This document shows positions 1-9,800 of a stretch of 64,000 nt of DNA, in pieces. The stretch is from the NCBI GenBank assembly GCA_020058765.1, contig JAGVDM010000006.1:181488-245487 (forward strand), in the 5' to 3' direction. Each line of letters opens with the position of its first letter. Within the stretch, counting starts at the first letter, position 1. The translations under genes and the position numbers were made by a program. The notes below the pieces were generated by a model, which had not been told where the DNA came from, searched no databases, and saw only the letters and a program-made list of their open reading frames with translations. Source of the DNA: Candidatus Peribacterales bacterium. GTDB lineage: Bacteria; Patescibacteriota; Gracilibacteria; Peribacterales; Peribacteraceae.

Positions 1-2
1 TG

Positions 3-650
3 GGGTTCCGCATGAAGGATTTCCTGGAGGCATATACCGAAGGAATACCGTTGGTAGCTGCATACGATATTGGAGATCGCGAGCAGGCGAAGGCATTCGG
101 TACAGTTGTGCTGGAGGCAGGAACAAACCGCGTGCAAGAGTTCGAAGAAAAACCGGCGAACCCAAAAACCACCTTAGTGAGTACAGGGTGCTCCATTCTG
201 CCAGCTGCCACACTGCCAATCTTGCAGAGCTACGCCGCACAGCACCCAGATAACGTCGGAGGTATTTTTGAAGAATTGCGTCGCCGAGGACAAGAGGTGA
301 CATGCTTCACATTCACCGATACATGGTTCGATATTGGATCCTTCCATGCGTATTTGGAAGCAACGAGGAGCTTGGTTGGGGAACGTGTGCTCCTGGGAGA
401 AGGGGCGATAGCAAACGAAAACACGTGTAGCGGGAGTGTAATCATTGGAGATGGATCGCACGTAACAAAGAGCACACTGAAAGATGTGGTGCTTTTCCCC
501 GGCTCCACCGTGGAAGACTGCGTGCTTGAGCGCTGCATTATCGATAGTCATTGCACACTCCGAGGTGTAGACCTCACTGGAAAAATGATCCGTGCGGGAA
601 CGGAGCTCATCCACCCCGCTCTGAAAAACGGAAAAGCTCGGCAACCTTGA
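3..650 (+). CDS. Sugar-phosphate nucleotidyltransferase (NTP_transferase family), 5'-partial
   Basis: FGTV..F.EKP..P.T.L motif, WFDIGS and a C-terminal left-handed beta-helix-like region. The frame is open from the window start. Confidence 0.8.
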   Translation, partial: GFRMKDFLEAYTEGIPLVAAYDIGDREQAKAFGTVVLEAGTNRVQEFEEKPANPKTTLVSTGCSILPAATLPILQSYAAQHPDNVGGIFEELRRRGQEVTCFTFTDTWFDIGSFHAYLEATRSLVGERVLLGEGAIANENTCSGSVIIGDGSHVTKSTLKDVVLFPGSTVEDCVLERCIIDSHCTLRGVDLTGKMIRAGTELIHPALKNGKARQP

Positions 651-688
651 TTGCACGGGCTCCAGGGCTTCTCTACACTCGCCCGGCA

Positions 689-1366
689 ATGGCAAAAAGC
701 CGCATCATCGTGCCTATAGTGCTCACACTGCTCCTTAGCGCATGCGGTAGCGGTAGTATCACGTTCAACGTAGCTGTGGATACAGCGGCTGGTGTGGATC
801 GCCAAGAGATGCTGGGAGCGAGCCTGCGTATGATCGAACGACGTGTGCAAGCAATTGAACAACAGGGCGGGTGGCAGAATCTGCTGGAGGACTCAGATCT
901 ACAGGCAGATGGAGACGATACAACCATTACAGTGAAACTCGCTGAGAGCGAAGCTGTGGACATGCTCATAGAAGACATGACATTCCCCTTCTCATTCGAA
1001 TTCATGGTGCAGGTGCCCATGGAAGAGGCCGAAATCGTGGTGGCCGAAACGCAGGGGTACCGCACGGTAAACCTGAATGCCTCACATGTACGGCAGCTTG
1101 AAGACCGCCTCACCGGGGACGGTGCGGAAGTGCTGGTAGAATTCACCGGCGAAGGTATTACCCGTAAGACTGAAGTATTTACTGAGCACGCAGGTGAAAC
1201 TATGGGGCTCTTCGTGCGCGGGCAGCCTGTCTACCAGTTCGTGGTAGAAGCAGCGGATACGAACAGTGACTCCTTTATTATTAAGGTGCCACAAGCAGAG
1301 CTTGCTTCCGTATTCGCCGATGACGTGAATGCGGGGTTGCATGTGACTTTTACCCCTGTACAGTAA
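689..1366 (+). CDS. Lipoprotein resembling an isolated SecD P1 extracytoplasmic domain
   Basis: Lipobox LLLSAC after MAKSR. Colinear blocks LRMIERRV, VLVEFTGEG, GETMGLFVRGQ and FADDVNAG match the adjacent SecD. ATG 689 chosen because it begins the signal peptide. Confidence 0.7.
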   Translation: MAKSRIIVPIVLTLLLSACGSGSITFNVAVDTAAGVDRQEMLGASLRMIERRVQAIEQQGGWQNLLEDSDLQADGDDTTITVKLAESEAVDMLIEDMTFPFSFEFMVQVPMEEAEIVVAETQGYRTVNLNASHVRQLEDRLTGDGAEVLVEFTGEGITRKTEVFTEHAGETMGLFVRGQPVYQFVVEAADTNSDSFIIKVPQAELASVFADDVNAGLHVTFTPVQ

Positions 1367-1375
1367 CCCTCCCCC

Positions 1376-3799
1376 ATGGCCTCCTCCCGCTCCACGTACC
1401 GTATTGTTGCAACTGGCATTGCTGCCGTGTTGCTTGGCCTAGTGGCCTTGCCACAGGAAATGAAAACGTGGGCACCCGCGTACCTGCGCAATGCAACCTT
1501 CCACTTTGGATTGGATCTTGCAGGTGGAACACAGCTCGACTTCCGAATTTCAGAACAGGAACTGCGCGATCAGCGCGCTCAGCTAGAGCGAGATCTGGAG
1601 CTGGCACGAACGCAGAACGCTGGAAACGAACGTATTACGCAGCTGCAGTTGCAGTTGCAGGCATTGGATGCCCAGCAGGAAAACATTGTAGAGGCAATCC
1701 GCACTGTGCTGGAACGCCGCATCAATGCACTCGGCGTGAGCGAAGCAACCATTACGCCATCGTACGTCGGCGAGGAAAAGCACCTGCTTGTGGACTGCCC
1801 AGGCGTGGTGAATGTGCAGGACTGTATTGATACGGTTGGCAAAACCATCCAGCTGGAATTTAAAGAAGAATTCACAGAGGCAACTGCCGAATACGAATCA
1901 GAAGTACGCACCAGAGCCAATGCCGCATTTGCACGCATCCAAGCAGGCGAGACTCTCCCAAAGATTGGGGAAGACGTCAGCGCCGAAATCGGCGTGCTCT
2001 ACAACGACGACGCCGCACTGTTCCAGGATCAGCTGCCACAGGGCCTAGAGAGTCTGTGGGACGCATCTCCATCGGGTGTGCAGCGCATGGAAGGCTCCAT
2101 TGCTACTCTCGCAGAGAACGCCGACGGCGAGCAGTACATGCGTGAAGTGCCAGGCATCTTCCTTGTAGAAGTCATCGGCCCACGCACGCAAACAGGACGC
2201 CTGATCAACGATGCACCTACTGCATTCACGATGCTTGCGGAGGAATCGGATGCAGTGGAATACCGCGAAAACGCAGAGAAGAAATTGGATAGCAGCGTAC
2301 AGCCGCCAGTCATTTCTGCACTCAAAGAAATGCAGCCGGGCGACCTCCGCGTTGCAACACTGGATGATGGCTCCGCACGCTTGCTCTTCCTGCGTTCACG
2401 ACAAGCAGGAAGCGAAACAATGGAAGCAAGCCACGTGCTGATTGCCTACAAAGGCGCACTGTCTGCAGCAGACACGGTCACTCGCACAAAAGAAGAGGCA
2501 TTGGCTCTTGCTCAGGAGGTGCACACGAAAGCGCTTGCCGGCGAGGACTTCGCCGCGCTTGCTCGTGAGTATTCCGATGGCCCTTCGCAAGAAACAGGCG
2601 GGAGCCTAGGGTCCTTCGGTCGTGGCGACATGGTGGCACCATTCGAAGAGGTTGTATTCGATCTGGCAGAGGGGGCAATCAGCGAGCCAGTGGAAACGTC
2701 ATTCGGCTATCACATCATTCGTGCAGATCGTGCTCCCACAGTGCAGCCAGATACAGCGCACTTCGACGAGCTAACGGTGACAGGAGAGGACGCTACTGCA
2801 ACCGCTGAAAGTATGCTCGACCGGATGCAGAAAGGTGAAATCAGGCGCACAGAGGATCAGGCGCACCTGCGCTTCGTCATGTTCTCACTCATCCCCAGTG
2901 GCTGGAAGGACACAGCATTAGACGGGAAGCACTTCCGCTCTGCATCCGTTACGGTAGACCCGCAAACAAACCTGCCGATCGTACAGATCACATTCAACGA
3001 CGAAGGTAGCCAACTGTTCCAGGAGCTCACACGGAACAATATCAACAAGCGCATTGCGATCTTTGTTGGTGGTCAGATGATCTCCGCGCCTGTGGTACAG
3101 GCAGAAATTGCAGGAGGTACGGCGGTGATCACAGGGAGCCAGAACTTCGAAGAAGCCCGGCTCTTGGCACAAGATCTCAATACTGGCGCAATCCCCGCTC
3201 CAATCTTCCTGAGCGGTCAACGCACGGTAGAAGCGACTCTCGGCGCCAGCGCGCTGCAGACCGCACTGCAAGCAGCGCTCGTGGGAGCCATTATTCTCAT
3301 GATCTGGATGGTGATTGTGTACCGCCTGCTCGGCGTCGTTGCGAGCATTGCACTGATAATCTACACCTTCCTATTCTTCGTATTCTTAAAGCTTCCGCTG
3401 TTCCTCGTGTCCAGTAACTACATTGTGCTCACCTTAGCTGGTATGGCGGGCGTCATCTTGAGTATGGGCATGGCGGTAGATGCGAACGTGCTCATCTTTG
3501 AGCGCATTAAAGAGGAGCTAGGCAAAGGCAAACTCCTGAAGACTGCTATTAGCAGTGGCTTTGAACGTGCATGGCCGAGCATCCGTGATGGAAACGTGTC
3601 TACGCTCATTACCTGCGGCATTCTGTTCATGGTAGGCAGCTCCATCGTTCGCGGCTTCGCTATTACGCTCAGCGTGGGCGTGCTGCTCTCCATGTTCACG
3701 GCAATCATCATTACACGATGGCTCGCCGAGCGGCTCGCAAGCTCGCCTGCGCTCACCCAGAACACCTGGCTCTTCTGCGGACCAAAGAAGAAGGACTAA
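1376..3799 (+). CDS. secD: Protein translocase subunit SecD with inserted parvulin (PpiC-type) PPIase domain
   Basis: GLDLAGG, VLERRINALGVSE, GMAVDANVLIFERIKEE, IRDGNVSTLI and VRGFAITL. Parvulin motifs ASHVLI...FAALAREYSD...GGSLG...GYHII at 2420-2722. Confidence 0.93.
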   Translation: MASSRSTYRIVATGIAAVLLGLVALPQEMKTWAPAYLRNATFHFGLDLAGGTQLDFRISEQELRDQRAQLERDLELARTQNAGNERITQLQLQLQALDAQQENIVEAIRTVLERRINALGVSEATITPSYVGEEKHLLVDCPGVVNVQDCIDTVGKTIQLEFKEEFTEATAEYESEVRTRANAAFARIQAGETLPKIGEDVSAEIGVLYNDDAALFQDQLPQGLESLWDASPSGVQRMEGSIATLAENADGEQYMREVPGIFLVEVIGPRTQTGRLINDAPTAFTMLAEESDAVEYRENAEKKLDSSVQPPVISALKEMQPGDLRVATLDDGSARLLFLRSRQAGSETMEASHVLIAYKGALSAADTVTRTKEEALALAQEVHTKALAGEDFAALAREYSDGPSQETGGSLGSFGRGDMVAPFEEVVFDLAEGAISEPVETSFGYHIIRADRAPTVQPDTAHFDELTVTGEDATATAESMLDRMQKGEIRRTEDQAHLRFVMFSLIPSGWKDTALDGKHFRSASVTVDPQTNLPIVQITFNDEGSQLFQELTRNNINKRIAIFVGGQMISAPVVQAEIAGGTAVITGSQNFEEARLLAQDLNTGAIPAPIFLSGQRTVEATLGASALQTALQAALVGAIILMIWMVIVYRLLGVVASIALIIYTFLFFVFLKLPLFLVSSNYIVLTLAGMAGVILSMGMAVDANVLIFERIKEELGKGKLLKTAISSGFERAWPSIRDGNVSTLITCGILFMVGSSIVRGFAITLSVGVLLSMFTAIIITRWLAERLASSPALTQNTWLFCGPKKKD

Positions 3800-4470
3800 G
3801 CTGCGAGTGCCTGATCCGCACCTGCATGCCTGCGCTCTAGCTCTCTAAACTGGCCATTCTTGATGAGCTCACGATCGCTCCCCGAGAGCACAGAACCAAC
3901 TTCTGCTCGAATCGCTTTGTATTCTGCAGAGAGGAAATCTGTGCTGCTTTGCTCCTCCATAGCATCGAATTCGCGGAGCTTCGTCGCATTCAACTCCTTG
4001 CCCTTTACGGTAATGGTTTCTGCATCAGCTGTTGCCGATTGCTCCTGATGGCGCGCTTCGTGCGCGCCTATATCTTCGGCGATCTCGGTATTGATCAAAC
4101 GATCTCCTGTACCCGATCGAATCGCCTGCGCATCCACCCACATGTTGGATGATTGCAACTGCGCCTGCCCTGCTGTGTCGCCAGGTAGATCCTTCATGAC
4201 TGGGTCGTGTTCACCAAGCGAGGAGCGCAGATCTGCTGCAGCTTCATCGAGCTTCTTTGCCTCTGTAGCACCATCTTTCGAATCAGCACCCTCAAGCGTG
4301 CCTGCAATTTCTGTACGAACATCATCGCGCATGGTGGCTTGCTCCGTAGCAACATCCTGCTGCGCAAGCTTATCCGCGCGTTGCTCGAGAGCATTCGCCA
4401 ATTGGCTTACGCTCTTTTCTCCCTGCGTTTCTTCTTCGTAGATTGCCTGTGCTGTTTCGATAGGTGACAT
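3796..4470 (-). CDS. Hypothetical acidic protein with HExxH zincin-like motif
   Basis: HEARH at 4062-4048 with a downstream Glu (LREFDA). The ATG start has CATACT 6 nt upstream. Confidence 0.6.
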   Translation of the reverse strand: MSPIETAQAIYEEETQGEKSVSQLANALEQRADKLAQQDVATEQATMRDDVRTEIAGTLEGADSKDGATEAKKLDEAAADLRSSLGEHDPVMKDLPGDTAGQAQLQSSNMWVDAQAIRSGTGDRLINTEIAEDIGAHEARHQEQSATADAETITVKGKELNATKLREFDAMEEQSSTDFLSAEYKAIRAEVGSVLSGSDRELIKNGQFRELERRHAGADQALAA

Positions 4471-4562
4471 GCGCTCAGTATGGGGAACCCGAGCTCTCAA
4501 AACCACACACGATGTCCCACAAGTGTCATGAGACCTACATTTTGGCTATTTACAGCCGATAA

Positions 4563-5072
4563 TTATGTATTCTCATGTCCCTTTCTGCGCCACAATTCAA
4601 AGGTGAAAGCGACTGCATGCCGGTCATCCGCAGGGTGCTGTTTTTCGGAAATTTTTACCCATTCATCTTGTGAGAATTCCGGGAAAAATGCCGTGCCTCC
4701 ATCCACGGTCATATGCACGCGTGTGAGATCGAGTTCGTTTGCGAGCGGAAGTGCGGCAGCATAGATATCCCCACCGCCGATGATGCAGATTTTCTTGGAA
4801 GGCTCTTCTGCAACGAGCGCGAGTGCATCGGTAAGAGAATGTGCAATTTCGCATCCGAGAGCGGAAAAGTCCTGCTGCCGAGTGACGATAATATTGCGGC
4901 GTCGCGGGAGTGCACGACCGATACTCTCATACGTGCGACGTCCCATAATGATGGGATGGCCAACGGTCGCATCATGAAAATGCTTGAAGTCATCGGGCAA
5001 ATCCCACGGAATGCCACCATCTTTTCCGATGACATTGTTTTCGGAGGCGGCGGCAACTAAGGAGATGATCAT
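4563..5072 (-). CDS. folA: Dihydrofolate reductase
   Basis: ISLVAA.SENNVIG...IPW.LP.D, IMGRRTYESI, LPRRRNI and IIGGG; 169 aa; downstream of thyA. Confidence 0.96.
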   Translation of the reverse strand: MIISLVAAASENNVIGKDGGIPWDLPDDFKHFHDATVGHPIIMGRRTYESIGRALPRRRNIIVTRQQDFSALGCEIAHSLTDALALVAEEPSKKICIIGGGDIYAAALPLANELDLTRVHMTVDGGTAFFPEFSQDEWVKISEKQHPADDRHAVAFTFELWRRKGHENT

Positions 5073-5117
5073 CTGTAAGTACCGTACAGGATCGAGAAAA
5101 TTTCTTGAAGGGCTGGT

Positions 5118-5217
5118 CCGCCGCCACTGGGGGTGAAGGGGCAAGCGGAGCGGGAGTTGGCGGCGGTGCATTTTTCTTTGCTTCTTTCTTTTGTTGGGCA
5201 GACAAAAGAAAGAAGGC
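5118..5217. repeat. Structured intergenic repeat, copy 1
   Basis: Core 5122-5164 is 40/43 identical to 24798-24840. It is closed by a 9-bp inverted repeat (5118-5126/5158-5166) and has an adjacent 14-bp perfect stem (5181-5194/5202-5215). Confidence 0.8.
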
Positions 5218-5240
5218 ACACGATGCAATCGCCATGATCG

Positions 5241-6035
5241 TTACACCGCAATCGGTGCCTTAATCGCGGGGTGCGGATCGTAGTTGAGAATCTCGAAATC
5301 TTCGAAAACGAAGTCAAAAATGGAGCGTCGATCTGGATTGATCTTGAGCGTTGGAAGTGGCTTCACGGAGCGCGAAAGCTGCTCTTTCGCCTGATCGAAA
5401 TGATTGTGGTAAATATGCGCGTCACCCAGGGTGTGTACGAAATCGCCAACCTGCAATCCGGTGACTTGCGCGAGCATGTGCACAAGCATGCTGTAGCTTG
5501 CGATATTGAACGGCACACCCAGGAAAATATCCGCACTGCGTTGGTACAACTGACAACTCAATTTGCCGTCGGCTACATAGAATTGAAATAGGCAATGACA
5601 CGGTGGCAGAGCCATCTGATCGATGTACGCCACGTTCCACGCACACACAATATGACGGCGGGAATTCGGATTCTTCTTGAGCTGCTCCACCAGCTGTGTG
5701 ATCTGATCGTAGTGCTTGCCATCCGGGCCGGGCCAACTGCGCCACTGGTACCCATAGACCGGGCCCAAATTGCCATTCTCATCAGCCCATTCATCCCAAA
5801 TCGTCACTTTGTTATCGCGCAAGTACTGCACATTGGTATCCCCTTTTAGGAACCAGAGTAATTCGTGGAGAATCGAGCGAATATGGAGCTTTTTTGTGGT
5901 GAGAAGCGGAAAGCCTTTTTGGAGATCAAACCGCATCTGGTAGCCAAAAACACTGCGTGTACCGGTACCCGTCCGGTCATCACGATCGGTACCGTTCTCA
6001 AGCACATGGGAGAGGAGGTCGAGATACTGCTGCAC
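5241..6035 (-). CDS. thyA: Thymidylate synthase
   Basis: [31 protein letters not shown] and [14 protein letters not shown]. The GTG start gives the canonical 264 aa. Confidence 0.98.
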   Translation of the reverse strand: MQQYLDLLSHVLENGTDRDDRTGTGTRSVFGYQMRFDLQKGFPLLTTKKLHIRSILHELLWFLKGDTNVQYLRDNKVTIWDEWADENGNLGPVYGYQWRSWPGPDGKHYDQITQLVEQLKKNPNSRRHIVCAWNVAYIDQMALPPCHCLFQFYVADGKLSCQLYQRSADIFLGVPFNIASYSMLVHMLAQVTGLQVGDFVHTLGDAHIYHNHFDQAKEQLSRSVKPLPTLKINPDRRSIFDFVFEDFEILNYDPHPAIKAPIAV

Positions 6036-6062
6036 ACACCCATCGTAGGGGAAGGTGGCGAA

Positions 6063-6091
6063 TTGTGAAAATAGCCTTTTTCTGCTATAAT
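6063..6091 (+). promoter_or_regulatory. Sigma70-type promoter for the orphan operon
   Basis: TTGTGA-N17-TATAAT with extended TG (TGcTATAAT), 25 nt before ATG 6116. Confidence 0.65.
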
Positions 6092-6115
6092 TCTTTGATA
6101 CTTCCCCATATTCCG

Positions 6116-6859
6116 ATGGTCGAAAGAACAACAAATATCCCCGCAGAAACCCCGGATACACCCCCAAATATTGAGGTGCCACCCCGGGAACCGGCGGCAA
6201 CAGAAAAACCCTCTGGGGATACGGGTGCTGTCGAAACACAACGTGTTACGAGGGACGTAACGGAAAAACGAGACGTTCTGCATTTGGAGATCGAAAGTCA
6301 GCGCATTGACGGTACGCCGGATACGGAGAAAAAGGCACCGACAACGCGAGCAGAGCAAGTGGCCGCAACCGCAGCTGGATTCGCCGGTGGCCTGGGCAAG
6401 CTTGTAGAGGCGTTCAAGAAGGTGTCTGACAGGCTGGATCCCATTCGCGAGAACCTTGCACGAGCGCTGGGGCCAATGTTCGGCACAGAAGTGCCAGGAC
6501 CGCTGAAAGCAGCGCTGGGATTCTCGAGCTTGGGCATGCTTCCAATGCTCGAAAACTTCACGGGCAAATACGGCGTGTTTTACAAGAACCTCACGAAGAA
6601 CAAAATGAAGATCCTTGATACGCAATTCACTGCAAAAGGGTTCCTCGCGGAATATGACACTGCGGTATCAGAAGGGCTGCAATTGCCATTGGATGAATAC
6701 ATTCGCAGAGTCGCTGCACACCTACATCAAAAGAGGGGCGCGGGTGAAATTTCTGTGAACGGCAAAGAGCTTGCTGAGGCAGGAAAGACAGTAGTGCAGC
6801 AAGAAAAGAGTGCTGTAGTACAAGCGGAAAAGAAGCCGGAGACGCAGACAATCAAATAA
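6116..6859 (+). CDS. Hypothetical protein with Pro/Thr/Glu-rich N-terminus
   Basis: 247-aa ORF after a strong promoter; no recognised domain. Confidence 0.7.
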   Translation: MVERTTNIPAETPDTPPNIEVPPREPAATEKPSGDTGAVETQRVTRDVTEKRDVLHLEIESQRIDGTPDTEKKAPTTRAEQVAATAAGFAGGLGKLVEAFKKVSDRLDPIRENLARALGPMFGTEVPGPLKAALGFSSLGMLPMLENFTGKYGVFYKNLTKNKMKILDTQFTAKGFLAEYDTAVSEGLQLPLDEYIRRVAAHLHQKRGAGEISVNGKELAEAGKTVVQQEKSAVVQAEKKPETQTIK

Positions 6860-6881
6860 CGAAGCATTCACACAAACACCC

Positions 6882-9800
6882 ATGCCAGACGGCTCACTCC
6901 CAACCGGCGCTGAAGCAGAACCTACTGCCTCTGTAACTGACACAGTTGCAGAGCGTCGGCGACTAGCCGAAGAGTTGCAGCGAGGAGATGCAAGTCAACG
7001 TTTGGAGATTCTGCGTTCGCAACTTGCCCAGGAACGCAGTGTTGGATTAGAGGGCATACAAAAGCGAACGACGCTGTTGCGCGATATTATCCGCGGCAAC
7101 ATTACCGCGGAAAAAGACCAGGAGGCTCTCCTTACTGATCTGGATGCGGTGCACAGCGAAACGCTTGCAGACATGCAAACGAAGGAAGAAATCAACTGGA
7201 TGGATCGTTACGCGCAGCAGTATTTACCATACGAATGGAGCACGACTGCAAAGCAACGAACAGTTCTGGCCACAATGTATGGTGGCGCCGTAGTGGGCGT
7301 AATTGCAGGCTGGAAGCTGCTCAAGCGCCTATGGGGTGGCACCAAAAAAGCAGCGGTAAATGCGGCAAAGCAAACAACAAGCGGCGCGATGAATGTTGCC
7401 AAGTGGGTGCTCATTGGCACAGGTATCGACCACTTCATGTTGGGCGGACGCATACGAAATACATTGTTCAGCCTGGCAAATGGCACACTTCTCGCCGATG
7501 CAGCCAAGGAAAAACTAGAAGAGGCGAAAAAGCAGGCGGGCGAATTGGTACAAGGTGCAAAGGAAGCCGTCACAGATACTGTCGATACAGCGCGTGAAAC
7601 CGTACGAACAACCGCTGCAACAACGCGCGATACGGTTGCCTCCTCAGGTGCCGTGGAACGTGCAAAAATCGCTGTTGCAACACCTCTAATACTGCGAGGG
7701 AACGTTGCACAAGCAGATGCTGCAAACCTAGATATCTATGACATACGTACCGAAGAGAATGTCGCTGCTGTCCTCCAACGTATGGAGTCAAGCAACGTAT
7801 CTGTCGGAATCATACAGAGCATACTGAATAATTATCGGCAACCTGTGGATCGCGGCGACGCGCTCTACCAACAGTTGTATGCAACAGAAGATACAAACCT
7901 AACGACACTACAGAGAGCATCTCTAAAGCGCTCGTGCGAGTTCGTTGTTGCATCATTCGAAAAGCACCAATCGAATCTACAAGCTGCACATAGCAGCCTG
8001 CCGGAACCCAAGAAACCGTTCGATCAAATGACAATACTCGAAGCAATGAATCTGCTCGCCGAGAGCCCACTGAATCTTGCGCAAAGATTTGGGGGCGCGG
8101 TAGTCAAAATGGTGGAGAATCCCGCCGCTCGTACGGAAATTCTTAAGCAGTTCCTAGAGGAAGCCTATGAGACACGGGAATTTGTAACAGCAGAATTTAC
8201 AGAATGGATGCGAGTACTGACTCCTGAGGAGCAGATGACTGTTCGTAGTAATGTACTGAGCACAGCACTCGGTACATTGGGCATCGCGCCACTTTCAAGT
8301 GCGCCAACTCTTATCAACGGATTGAGCGATTTGAATGCTGCGGAGAAAAAGTTGCTTACAGCAATCATTACCGAAGTTCAGGAGCACAATCCTACAAAGA
8401 CTGATGGAGTAGTTGCCCGTGCAATGGAGGGTGATGAAGCGGTATTACAATCATTAGAACGGATTTGGAAGGAAGACCTGCGCCTGAAGGACGCACTGCA
8501 AATCCACTACCTACTGCGTAAAGCAGAACAGAGTGGTGCTGCAGATATTGCCCTGCGCCTCAAGATGCTCCATTTGCTCTCACGCTACGATCGTGTGAGC
8601 TATGGCCGTGCAGGTGGACAGCTGGCAGGCTCGCTCATTGAGAAAACTCTTGGTGTTGCTACTGGAGCAATCAATATCGAAGATGTTCCACCAGGGATCC
8701 GCCAAGTAGTGGAGCTTGCTGCGCGCGAAGCAAAGAACAAGGGAGAAGACTGGCTCGCATGGGCGATCGGTCTGCTTACAACCACACCAGGATTGATCAT
8801 ATCCGGAATCGTGGCGCTACGATTGCGTCTCTACAAGCCTGCAAATGCCATTCTTTCCAGCCCGCTTGCACTGCACAACTGGCAGCGATCAGCTGACTTG
8901 CGCTTCCTTCGCTACAGACGAAAGGCCATGTTCCTGTGGCTGCGTACCGAGCCACGTTCACTCTCAGAGATCGAACAGCGATTCCGCGTACCAGCGAGCG
9001 TTGCCGCAGAACTGCAAACTCTCGCAGATCAATTTGCAGACAAACAGCAGAAGGTTGGCACGCTCTTCCGGCAAACGCGCATGAACCTGCTCATCCGCGA
9101 CACACTGCTCCAAATCGGAGAGCGCCGTTACTCGTGGCTCAAGAGCGAAACAGATACCAAGAAAATCGCTCAGATCTACGGGCTCGTAACACCGGATGGC
9201 AAATACGACCTAAAGGGCGCAGAAGCAATTCAGCAGCACATTGCCACAACCGAAGCGCAGCGCAGAGGCAGAGCATCCAAAAAAGATATGCAACGCGCAG
9301 TCACACGGATCGATCGTTTCGCTGACCTGCGACAAAAGCAGCTGCAGATGGATGGCATTGATCTTACTCAAGCGGTATCGGTAACGGGAGAGGTGGAACA
9401 AGAAACAGTAACAGATACCGATACGGCAGCTGACACAACGGAGCCGCAGGCAACGGAAACCGATACGGAACCGGATGTCGCTGCAGCAGACTTGGAACGT
9501 GCGAACAGCGCCATTTCGCTTTTGCAAAGCGACATTGATGCCTTGGTGGATGCGGCCGAAGATCTCAGCACGGACGCGAAGCGCAACGCCGTACGTCGTG
9601 CGGGAGATGTGATATTCGGACGACTGGAATTCGTACAAGGAATGTACGGCCATGTATCCGGAGTGAACGATCAATGTGACGCACTCATGCAACAGCTGGA
9701 AGGCGTGCAAGAACAAGTATCCGCTGCGGCGACTGCAGTGCCAGATGCGGCAACGGAGCAGACTGATACGGAAACAGAGCAAACAAGCGAGGCGAATACG

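Noticed and set aside
5073..6239. Long N-terminal extensions of folA and thyA in the ORF track (also wecB, efp, dipZ, exonuclease, GT26, pyrG)
   Set aside because: They run through hairpins, promoters or neighbouring genes; family N-termini and -10 motifs support the shorter starts.
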